DNA of 37,579 nt from Clostridia bacterium. GTDB lineage: Bacteria > Bacillota > Clostridia > Christensenellales > CAG-314. The stretch lies in assembly GCA_017505015.1 (NCBI GenBank), contig JAFVQA010000138.1:1-37579 (forward strand). Reading direction: 5' to 3'. The notes under the pieces are model-generated. The model was given only the letters and a program-made list of their open reading frames with translations. It made no database searches and was not told where the DNA came from. Numbering within the stretch: position 1 is the first letter of the stretch; each line of letters starts with the position of its first letter. A program made the position numbers and the translations under genes. This document shows positions 28,290 through 36,221 of this stretch, one piece after another.

Positions 28290-29972
28290 TCAAGAAAAAA
28301 CAACGTTGTTTATTGCAATGCTTTCGTCCGCATGCAAACACAACACCTGACAACTATCCCAGCTGACAAGGCTTTTTGCTCTTTCGCACTTGAACTCGTC
28401 GAGAGAAAGGCAAACTTTTTGCCATATTTCGCCACCAACAAGCTTTTCTGTAGTAGAATATATCATTTGATCTTCGCCATAGTTTACCACAACGCCAACG
28501 GTAAGTTCTTGCTCTGTTTTACTGTATACGTCAAAGGTAAGCACACAGTCTTCGCTTTTTGCAAGCCTTGCACCGTTTAATGCAAATGTTGCAAAGTCGT
28601 GACCACTAAGCCCCCTTATATCACAAGGACCTGCAATCATTTCGAGTTTCTTTTCTTCATAGCCGTGGCTGTCGGCATCTTTAAACGGAGCATATACCTG
28701 AAAGACAGATGCCCCCATTGCACTGTTATAAATAATTTTTGTTTTTTGACTTTCTTTAACGTCTTTGAGATAGTCGCTGTCAACCTCGATAAGGTTTGTT
28801 GACAACACAAGACCACCACGATATCTCACGTTGCTGTATGCATAGCAAGATTTTGACTTGTCATACACGTCGACCTCTGCACGATAAATGCCGTCTGCCA
28901 CGTTTGAAAGCTGAAGTTTACTCCAGTATCTCACGCTGTTTTTAACTGCTTCGTGTGCACAGAAAATTTGCACTTCCTGCACTTCTTCGTCGTCTGGCAC
29001 ACGAACAATAACGTTGAGTTTTCCGTTTATTTTGCGAAAACAAGAAACTGGCAAAAGCGACTCGTCAATTTGTTTTTTAAGTCGCATAGTAAGCCACTTG
29101 TCAAGGTTTTTAACAAAACTCTCGCCACCCGCATCAAGCAACTTTTCGGCAATCCAGATTGCCCATGGCGTTTGTTTTGGAATAAGGTTGAGTGCCTCGT
29201 GAGTTTTGTCAAGGTCGGTTTGTGCAGAGTTTGCACCGATAGTCAAAAAGAAAGGCGTTTGCATATGCATAAGATAACTTTGAGGAGCAATTCCTGCAAA
29301 CCAGCGTTCTCTTTCTTCGGCACGTTCAACTTCTTCAAGAGTCTGACCGTGATACATTTCTATTTCGTGATAGCACACACCAAACACAATTGCACAAGCA
29401 GCAAGCCTGTTGTCAAAAGCAGCAGCCATGCACGCAGTAACGGCAGAGTCTTTTGTTGCAAGCAAACCGATTGATTCTTTGTCAACGCAATCCTGACTGC
29501 AAACGAAAGATATTGCTCTGCGGGTGTTTGTCGCCCAATGATACCAGCACGTTTCTTTTGCATTTGTGTCGCAATGAGTAAGGTGTCTGCCCGCAGAAAG
29601 ATAGTTTGCATAACTTATGCTGTTGGGATATTTGGTAAAATGCTCGCTTTCGTCATTTTTGCCCGTATTGTCAAAACCAAAAACGGCATAACCTTTTTTA
29701 GCCCAAAAACTTATTTCGTGCTGGTTAATGCCTTTGCCAACGTCACTCACAATAACGATTGCAGGCAAATCTTTTTTGTTCTTTTTTGCGCCAAAAACGC
29801 CATATACACGGCTGATGCCATCTTCGTGCTGAACACCGTTAAAATAAATGTGTGTATACACAATGCCATCACTTTCTTCGACCTTTACAACTTCTTGCTC
29901 AAATGGCAACGAAGTACTGTCAAAATTTTTCCACAAACTAACCGGGCTATAAACCAATTTTTGACCTTGCAT
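28290..29972 (-). CDS. Acetyl-xylan-esterase (AXE1)-like alpha/beta-fold protein lacking an obvious GxSxG, with a beta-rich C-terminal domain of about 250 aa (560 aa)
   Basis: By eye the N-terminal half aligns to AXE1/CAH esterases (LPAIVIV..., GYAVFGFDNTG, WYHWATNTRRAISFV...VDKESIGLLATKDSAVTACMAAAFDNRL). AAAGGAG RBS is present. I recognised no signal peptide. Confidence 0.35.
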   Translation of the reverse strand: MQGQKLVYSPVSLWKNFDSTSLPFEQEVVKVEESDGIVYTHIYFNGVQHEDGISRVYGVFGAKKNKKDLPAIVIVSDVGKGINQHEISFWAKKGYAVFGFDNTGKNDESEHFTKYPNSISYANYLSAGRHLTHCDTNAKETCWYHWATNTRRAISFVCSQDCVDKESIGLLATKDSAVTACMAAAFDNRLAACAIVFGVCYHEIEMYHGQTLEEVERAEERERWFAGIAPQSYLMHMQTPFFLTIGANSAQTDLDKTHEALNLIPKQTPWAIWIAEKLLDAGGESFVKNLDKWLTMRLKKQIDESLLPVSCFRKINGKLNVIVRVPDDEEVQEVQIFCAHEAVKNSVRYWSKLQLSNVADGIYRAEVDVYDKSKSCYAYSNVRYRGGLVLSTNLIEVDSDYLKDVKESQKTKIIYNSAMGASVFQVYAPFKDADSHGYEEKKLEMIAGPCDIRGLSGHDFATFALNGARLAKSEDCVLTFDVYSKTEQELTVGVVVNYGEDQMIYSTTEKLVGGEIWQKVCLSLDEFKCERAKSLVSWDSCQVLCLHADESIAINNVVFS

Positions 29973-29984
29973 AAAATGCTCCTT

Positions 29985-31745
29985 TTACCAGCAAATGCTG
30001 TTTCCTGCACTGCTTGACAAATCATAAAGTTTTTTGTACAAACCGTCTTGTTGCATAAGTTGTTCGTGAGTGCCCTGTTCGACAATACCTTTGTCAGTGA
30101 GAACCACGATTTTTGTTGCGTTTCGTATTGTTGAAAGTCTGTGCGCAATAACCACTGTTGTTCGACCATGGCTGAGCTGGTCAAGCGATTTTTGAACAAG
30201 CACTTCGCTTTCGTTATCCAACGCACTTGTTGCTTCGTCTAAAATGAGAATAGGCGGATTTTTTAAAAACACCCTTGCAATAGAAATGCGTTGTTTTTGA
30301 CCACCAGAAAGTTTAACGCCACGTTCACCAACGTAACTGTCATAGCCATCTGGCATTTTGTTTATAAATTCATCTGCACCGGCAAGTTTTGCAGCAAGCA
30401 CAACTTCGTCCATAGTGGCATCAAGTTTGCCATAACGAATATTGTCGGCAACCGTGCCCCAAAACAAATATACGTCCTGCTGAACCACACCAATGTTTTG
30501 TCGCAAAGATTTTAGCGTTACGTCACGGATATCTTTGCCGTCTATTTTTATCGAACCACCGGTTACGTCATAAAACCTTGGCACAAGACTTGCAAGCGTT
30601 GTTTTTCCACCGCCACTTGGGCCAACGATTGCAACCACTTCGCCCTGTTTAACCTCTATGTCAATATCGTGCAAAACGTCTTTGTCACCATCGATATATC
30701 TAAAGCAAACTTTGTCAAATGAAATGTCGCCTTTAACGTCTGTCAGTTCCTGCGCGTCTGGCTTGTCGCAAAGGTCAACGGGAATATCCATAATTTCGCT
30801 GTATCTTTCAAACGCAGTAACACCCTTTTGAAACTGTTCGGTATAATCTGCAATAGCTTTGATAGAAGTGAGCAAAGTCGTTGCATATAAAACGTAAGTA
30901 ACAAGCAAATCAACACGAAGCTGAAACACTGCCGCAAGCACAAGAATCATAATGTACATTATGGCATCCATAATGCGAAGTCCCACGTTATAGCTTGCCA
31001 TATACTGATAGTTTTGTTCTTTTATTTTCAAAAATTTTCTGTTGCCTTCTTCAAACTTTTGTTGTTCAACCTGTTCGTTAGCAAAAGATTTTACAACGCG
31101 AACGCCTGCAAGGCTGTCTTCTACCGTTGCGTTGAGGTCGCCCATCTGCACACGATTTTTTTTGAAGGTTGCACGCATTTTTTTGTTGTAAAAAACTGCA
31201 AACACAACCATAAAAGGCAACACCGCAAACAAACACAAAGTAACCGGCACGTTAAAAAACATCATTATAACGAAAATGCCAATAATCTTTACTGCCGCCA
31301 TAAAAAATTCTTCTGGGCAGTGGTGAGCAAACTCGGTGATTTCAAACAAGTCTGTTGAAATGCGTGACATGAGCGTGCCTATTTTGTTGTTGTCATAAAA
31401 ACTGTGTGGCAACTCTTGATAATGCCTAAAAAGGTTTTCGCGCAAATCTCTTTCTACGTAGGCACCTGACATATGCCCCCATTTTACCATAAAGAATTTG
31501 CAAAACACCTCGATAAGTCGCATGCCTATAAGTGATATAACCACTATTGTCATAAGGCTGATATCTATACCACCCGTGTTCATTGCATCGTTTGTAACAA
31601 TGCGCACGATTTGCGGAAAAGCAAGTTCAATTATCGTTGCGACAAACACGCAAAACAAGTCGAACACAAATATTTTTTTGTAAGGCTTGAAATATGGCAA
31701 AAATCTTTTTACAGATTGCCACATGCCTTGATTTTGTTTTTTCAT
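29985..31745 (-). CDS. ABC exporter, fused permease-ATPase half-transporter (MsbA/multidrug type, 586 aa)
   Basis: Six N-terminal TM helices, Walker A GPSGGGKTT, signature LSGGQKQR and Walker B ILILDEATSALD. Confidence 0.9.
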   Translation of the reverse strand: MKKQNQGMWQSVKRFLPYFKPYKKIFVFDLFCVFVATIIELAFPQIVRIVTNDAMNTGGIDISLMTIVVISLIGMRLIEVFCKFFMVKWGHMSGAYVERDLRENLFRHYQELPHSFYDNNKIGTLMSRISTDLFEITEFAHHCPEEFFMAAVKIIGIFVIMMFFNVPVTLCLFAVLPFMVVFAVFYNKKMRATFKKNRVQMGDLNATVEDSLAGVRVVKSFANEQVEQQKFEEGNRKFLKIKEQNYQYMASYNVGLRIMDAIMYIMILVLAAVFQLRVDLLVTYVLYATTLLTSIKAIADYTEQFQKGVTAFERYSEIMDIPVDLCDKPDAQELTDVKGDISFDKVCFRYIDGDKDVLHDIDIEVKQGEVVAIVGPSGGGKTTLASLVPRFYDVTGGSIKIDGKDIRDVTLKSLRQNIGVVQQDVYLFWGTVADNIRYGKLDATMDEVVLAAKLAGADEFINKMPDGYDSYVGERGVKLSGGQKQRISIARVFLKNPPILILDEATSALDNESEVLVQKSLDQLSHGRTTVVIAHRLSTIRNATKIVVLTDKGIVEQGTHEQLMQQDGLYKKLYDLSSSAGNSICW

Positions 31746-31751
31746 ATTATA

Positions 31752-33746
31752 TTATGCCTCGTGGCAGGTAAAATAAATTATCTGGCATTTTTTTGATCTT
31801 TCACCCAAAAGTTGCAATGCCATTTGCAGTTTTTGGGTGTCATAGTTTACAAACGGGTCGTCTAAAATAAGAAACGGCAAATTCTCGCCATACATAGCGT
31901 CGACAAGTGCAAGACGAAGGCAAAACATGCCGAGGTCTGTCAACCCTTTGCTGAAATAATCAAACTCACGATAACTGTTTTTTTCGTGCAGTCGAAGGTT
32001 AAACTTGTCGTCAAGCGACGCCCTGTCATATTGACCGTTTGTAACGATGTTTATATATTTGTTAAAGTTTTTGACTATATCTGGCATAAAACTTTGCGAG
32101 ATGTTTGTTTTTGCCTGTTGCAGACAAGCAAGTGTAACTTCGGCAAGTTTTGCCTTTTCTTCGGTATCGGCAAGAGCAAGTTCCAGCCTTTCAATTCTGT
32201 TTTTAAAGTCACTTGCAAGGTTGGCGTTTGAAAGAAAAATTTCAACTTCTTTTTGCAAACGTGCATTCTGGTTGGAAAGTTCAAGCACATGCTCGTCCAT
32301 ACGCCTTATTTCTGCAGTATAGTCAACCGTTTCTATCTTACCACTATCCATTGCCAAAGCAAACTCGGGGTCTGCCTTTTTTTGATTCCATTCGTTAACG
32401 GCAAGGCGATAGTTTTCAATTGCCTGTTCAAACACAACCTTGTTGTTTTTAAGTTGCGACAATGCAACGTGAAGGTTTGGCTCAAAAATTTTGTGATTTG
32501 CAAAAGTTTGCGAAAGTGTATTTTGCATATCGTCAACCTTGGCAATCTGCTGGTCAAGTTTTTCTTTAATTTGTTTCTTTTGGTTTTTTATACTTTTTAT
32601 TTTGGCATTAAATTTGATTTTGCTGTTTAATGCAAGCACACCAACAATCACAAGTGCAATGACTGGCAATGCAAATAAAACTGGTGTTGCAACAAGTTCG
32701 CGAACAAAAACCGCAGTTGCAACTATTATAATCAATGCCAGCAAACCAAACGCAACGTAAGGTGCTTTGCTTTGTTTTGGCACTTCTGCCTCTTTTTCAA
32801 ATTCAGTCTGAATTTTTGCAACCTGTTGTTTTTCAATTTCGACCTGTTCGATTTTGTCAGAAATATCTTTGATATATTCAGGCGAAACGTCTGCATTTTT
32901 TTCTACAAGTTCGTCAACCCTTGCTTTTGCCTGGTTATAGTTTGCCTCTACACGCAAAAATACTTCTGCCTTGCTCAACAATGCTTTTTTGCTGTCACTT
33001 GCACGCTGTTTTTCTTTAAGTTCTTGCAAAATATTTTGTGCACGGGCAAGCTCCTGCTTGTTAAGCTCTGCCTGCCTTTGTTTTTCCTTTGCCTGAAGAT
33101 AACTTTGTTGTGCCGAAAACAGTTTTTCTTGCGTTGAATCAATTTCGTCAAGAATTTTTATTTTTCGGCTGACGTTGCGTGTGCGCGAAGTGCTCACAAG
33201 CTGACGCTGAATGTCAAGCAACCTTTCGCTTGCGGTATCAAAATTGTTATAGTCGTCTGTATTGTCAACAAGTTTGTTGAGTTTAGAAGTCAAACTGTCG
33301 TTGGCATCTATAACAACGTCTTTCTGAGGGATATATAAACACCTTTCAAAACTTTCGGCGTCAATCTCAAAAATTTCAAAACCAACGTTTTCACTAAAGT
33401 CACTGTTTGGAACGTTGTGACCATCAAACAAAGCAAAGGTATCCCCCGACTGCGTTTTGCCAAAAAATCTTTCTATTTTATATTGTTTATTTTTAAAAGT
33501 AAATTTGATATATCCACCGAATTTTTCGTTACTTTCCCACGGAGTATATCTTTTTCTTTCGTTTTCGGCAATTTTTGACGAACGGGTTTTTCCAAGACCA
33601 AAAAACATTGCCTTTATAAAAATTGCAATTGTTGTTTTGCCATATCCGTTTTTTTCGCAAATGCCGTTAAAACCACTGTTGAGAACAAGCGAAAAATCTT
33701 TAAACTTGCCAAAAGATGAGATAAAAACTTCGTCAATCCTGATCAT
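31752..33746 (-). CDS. SbcC/Rad50-like SMC-type ATPase with two central TM helices (B. subtilis YhaN/SbcE-like, 664 aa)
   Basis: Motifs are N-terminal P-loop NGYGKTT, long heptad-rich E/K/Q segments, C-terminal FSKGL signature-like, Walker B FLILDDPF and terminal CHEA. The hydrophobic pair APYVAFGLLALIIIVATAVFV / ATPVLFALPVIALVIVGVLAL lies at nt 32625-32762. There is a 14-nt overlap with the upstream nuclease gene and a GGGAGG RBS. Confidence 0.7.
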   Translation of the reverse strand: MIRIDEVFISSFGKFKDFSLVLNSGFNGICEKNGYGKTTIAIFIKAMFFGLGKTRSSKIAENERKRYTPWESNEKFGGYIKFTFKNKQYKIERFFGKTQSGDTFALFDGHNVPNSDFSENVGFEIFEIDAESFERCLYIPQKDVVIDANDSLTSKLNKLVDNTDDYNNFDTASERLLDIQRQLVSTSRTRNVSRKIKILDEIDSTQEKLFSAQQSYLQAKEKQRQAELNKQELARAQNILQELKEKQRASDSKKALLSKAEVFLRVEANYNQAKARVDELVEKNADVSPEYIKDISDKIEQVEIEKQQVAKIQTEFEKEAEVPKQSKAPYVAFGLLALIIIVATAVFVRELVATPVLFALPVIALVIVGVLALNSKIKFNAKIKSIKNQKKQIKEKLDQQIAKVDDMQNTLSQTFANHKIFEPNLHVALSQLKNNKVVFEQAIENYRLAVNEWNQKKADPEFALAMDSGKIETVDYTAEIRRMDEHVLELSNQNARLQKEVEIFLSNANLASDFKNRIERLELALADTEEKAKLAEVTLACLQQAKTNISQSFMPDIVKNFNKYINIVTNGQYDRASLDDKFNLRLHEKNSYREFDYFSKGLTDLGMFCLRLALVDAMYGENLPFLILDDPFVNYDTQKLQMALQLLGERSKKCQIIYFTCHEA

Positions 33747-34809
33747 CGTTTACCTCCCTTCCTTCAAGCGCACAAAAACCCAGTTTTAATATTTGTTGTT
33801 TTTGTTCGTCACTTGCATCAAGCAAATTTACCACACGGAAAAACTCACCGCGAAGCGACTTTTCGTTTTCTAACTTTTTAACGTCAAACTTTGGTGTTGT
33901 TTTGTCAACCACCTTTGCATAAAACACGTGGTCAAGCCTTGCAGAAAGTGCGACCACATCAATACGAAGCGCAGGGTCAACCTGCCCCACAAGAATTATT
34001 TTAAAGGCATCGTCTGTGCTGTATGCCAAAAGTTCTTTTTTTATTTTGTCAAGTTGTGTAATATAACTGTCAAGCCCAGAAATATCCACCTTTATTTCGT
34101 TAAGACGTCTTCTGCAAAAAGGAACGAATTTTACGTTGCCCAAAGTGTCGAACAACACAAAGCCTTTTTCGCCAATTTCGTCAAAACCACGACCTTCGGG
34201 GCAGCCGCAATATGCCCATTTACCGCGACGGTCAATTTTGCCTTCTTCAAACTTGTGAATATGGCCAAGTGCAAGATAGTCTATGTTTTTTCCGGCAAAT
34301 TTTTTAACGTTAATGCCTTCGCCATTGCCAGAAACAACCTGACCATGCATAACTGCCACGTTAAAATCATTTTCGTCAAAGTCAGGGACCTGATTTTCGT
34401 CAACAACGTCGCCCTCAAACCCAGCAATAACAACTTTGCCACTGCGATATCCAACGCCGTTTTTGAGCATAACTGCATTGTTTGGCAACGCGTTTATAAA
34501 ATCGTCGTCAAAGGCTTTGTCATCGTGGTTGCCACTCAAAAGATAAAAGGTAACGTTGCCGGCACTTTTGATAATGTCAATCACCTGCATTTTTACAGAT
34601 GGTGATGCATTTTTTACGTCAAACATATCACCTGCAACAATAACGCCAAAAACGTTGTTTGCAACTGCAAAATCTGCCATGCGCTTGAAACAATCAGTCA
34701 GTTCCATTCGCCTTGTTTTTGCCTTTTGGCCGTTGTTTATTGATGACAATGCACTGTCAAGGTGCAAATCTGCCGTGTGAATAAATTTGTAGACTTCCAT
34801 ATTATTCAT
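33733..34809 (-). CDS. SbcD/Mre11-like calcineurin-fold metallophosphoesterase (B. subtilis YhaO/SbcF-like)
   Basis: Motifs HTADLHLD, GDMFD, GNHD, VMHGQ and GHIH are present in order. The start is either ATG 34809 or, more likely, ATG 34800 (see the leaderless finding). Confidence 0.8.
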   Translation of the reverse strand: MNNMEVYKFIHTADLHLDSALSSINNGQKAKTRRMELTDCFKRMADFAVANNVFGVIVAGDMFDVKNASPSVKMQVIDIIKSAGNVTFYLLSGNHDDKAFDDDFINALPNNAVMLKNGVGYRSGKVVIAGFEGDVVDENQVPDFDENDFNVAVMHGQVVSGNGEGINVKKFAGKNIDYLALGHIHKFEEGKIDRRGKWAYCGCPEGRGFDEIGEKGFVLFDTLGNVKFVPFCRRRLNEIKVDISGLDSYITQLDKIKKELLAYSTDDAFKIILVGQVDPALRIDVVALSARLDHVFYAKVVDKTTPKFDVKKLENEKSLRGEFFRVVNLLDASDEQKQQILKLGFCALEGREVNDDQD

Positions 34810-34838
34810 TATAACACATTACGCAAAATTAGCAACAA
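34808..34838 (-). promoter_or_regulatory. Extended -10 promoter overlapping the first ATG of the nuclease gene
   Basis: Minus strand TGtTATAAT (34808-34816), weak -35 TTGTTG 19 nt upstream. No SD precedes either ATG. Confidence 0.35.
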
Positions 34839-34871
34839 GCAATATTGTTGCACAAGGGTTAAAAATTACAC

Positions 34872-34899
34872 AAAAAAACTCTCCCAAAAAATGGGAGAG
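34872..34899 (-). terminator. Intrinsic terminator after the DUF1858 gene
   Basis: Minus strand CTCTCCCA-ttttt-TGGGAGAG followed by TTTTTTT, 24 nt after the stop at 34923. Confidence 0.7.
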
Positions 34900-34922
34900 G
34901 AATTTTGCAAAAACTTTTTTTC

Positions 34923-35117
34923 TTATTCTGCAACTTCATTGAGTTTCTCAATAAGAAAATCTACGTCGATGCCATGAACGGCAGCGGCTTGTTCTACGCT
35001 TTCGCCTTTAGCAGCAAGGCAACCAACGCAACCCATGCCAAATGCCATAAACATTGGTATTGTTTTTTCATACTTGTTGATAATGTCGATAATGAGCATA
35101 TCCTTTGTGATTTTCAT
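34923..35117 (-). CDS. DUF1858 / hybrid-cluster-associated redox-disulfide-type small protein (64 aa)
   Basis: ITKDMLIIDIINKYEKTIPMFMAFGMGCVGCLAAKGESVEQAAAVHGID matches the DUF1858 pattern with its CxxC. GGAGGAAC RBS is present. Confidence 0.65.
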   Translation of the reverse strand: MKITKDMLIIDIINKYEKTIPMFMAFGMGCVGCLAAKGESVEQAAAVHGIDVDFLIEKLNEVAE

Positions 35118-35135
35118 AAAAAAGTTCCTCCGTTG

Positions 35136-36209
35136 TCACAGTGCACCTAGCAGCAACACAAGCCCCGCCAAAACAGCAACACCCAAAAGACAGGTGAGTG
35201 TAATTTTGAGTGGCGATTTTGGCACGTGACCCGTAACTTTGCCGTTAACACCGTTGACGTATTGATTGTATAGTTTATTTTTATAATTTGTTGCAGAAAT
35301 ATACACAGGCAACAAAAGATATTTAAAAGATTTGCTGTGGTGTGTGAACGAAAGATTTAAATAAACAACCACGTCTGCACCATAACTTGCAACTATTTCG
35401 CTTTGGCAACTTGCTTTTATCATTTCTTCTGCCTGATGCCAAGCCTCTATCGGTTGTATAGTATAATGGTTTGCTTCAAATCCTGCAAGCAATTTGTCGT
35501 CATATTTTACATAATCGTTCATATCAAACGGTTGAATTCGTTGCAGATATTTGTCGTTGACCACCTCACTGCCCTTAACGTAAATGTCGTTGTAATTTTT
35601 TGACAACCTGCCAGACACGTGAAAATATCTTGTTTTTGTGCGTGTCATGGTTTTGCCGTTTACAACGTAGGTTTCGGTATAATGTTTGCCAAGCTGACCT
35701 TCGTAAAAAACAGAAGTGTTGCAGTCGAATGTCCATGTTGGCAAATAACAACCTTTCAGTGAATTTATCTTTACGTTCTTTTTAAATTCAGAAGGTGCAA
35801 AAAAGCGAGATTTAAGCCATTTAAGGCATTTTGCAGTTGCAGCTTGCTTTTGCATTTTAAAAGGAATTGCCGTGTCTGGCTTTATTCCTGCAAGTTCGCT
35901 TGTTTCAAGCACAGAAGGCGAACCGCAAAACGGGCAAGATGATGAAATTTCGTTTTTGTCCAAAACTTCTTTTGCACCACAGTTCTGGCATTGAATAACT
36001 TTTACTCCACCAGCCCATTGTTCGCAGTCGAAAATTTCTTCAAAACTGCGTTCTTCTATCTGGTCGTTAAATTCTATTTTTGTTTCGCATCCGCAATGGT
36101 TGCATTTTAGCGACTGCGTTGCAGGGTCAAACTCTACCGGTGCACCGCAACCTTCGCACTTATAACCTATTGCTTCGCTGAGATTGTTCATTTGTTCAAA
36201 GTCTGCCAT
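35136..36209 (-). CDS. Zinc-ribbon membrane-anchored protein, B. subtilis YdjG-like (357 aa)
   Basis: Two N-terminal ribbons (CEGCG...CNHCG and CQNCG...CPFCG), a conserved central domain and a single C-terminal TM (ITLTCLLGVAVLAGLVLLLGAL). The ATG at 36209 lies 5 nt after GGGGTG. The track start is a GTG two codons upstream. Confidence 0.6.
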   Translation of the reverse strand: MADFEQMNNLSEAIGYKCEGCGAPVEFDPATQSLKCNHCGCETKIEFNDQIEERSFEEIFDCEQWAGGVKVIQCQNCGAKEVLDKNEISSSCPFCGSPSVLETSELAGIKPDTAIPFKMQKQAATAKCLKWLKSRFFAPSEFKKNVKINSLKGCYLPTWTFDCNTSVFYEGQLGKHYTETYVVNGKTMTRTKTRYFHVSGRLSKNYNDIYVKGSEVVNDKYLQRIQPFDMNDYVKYDDKLLAGFEANHYTIQPIEAWHQAEEMIKASCQSEIVASYGADVVVYLNLSFTHHSKSFKYLLLPVYISATNYKNKLYNQYVNGVNGKVTGHVPKSPLKITLTCLLGVAVLAGLVLLLGAL

Positions 36210-36221
36210 AAACACACCCCG

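Noticed and set aside
31752-34809. The SbcC/SbcD-like pair as a phage-defence system (Lamassu, Gabija or OLD-like).
   Set aside because: The motifs and the central TM hairpin match the conserved Firmicute YhaN/YhaO housekeeping type. There are no accompanying effector, methylase, integrase or mobile-element hallmarks. The pair is embedded in a housekeeping operon beside the ribosomal cluster.
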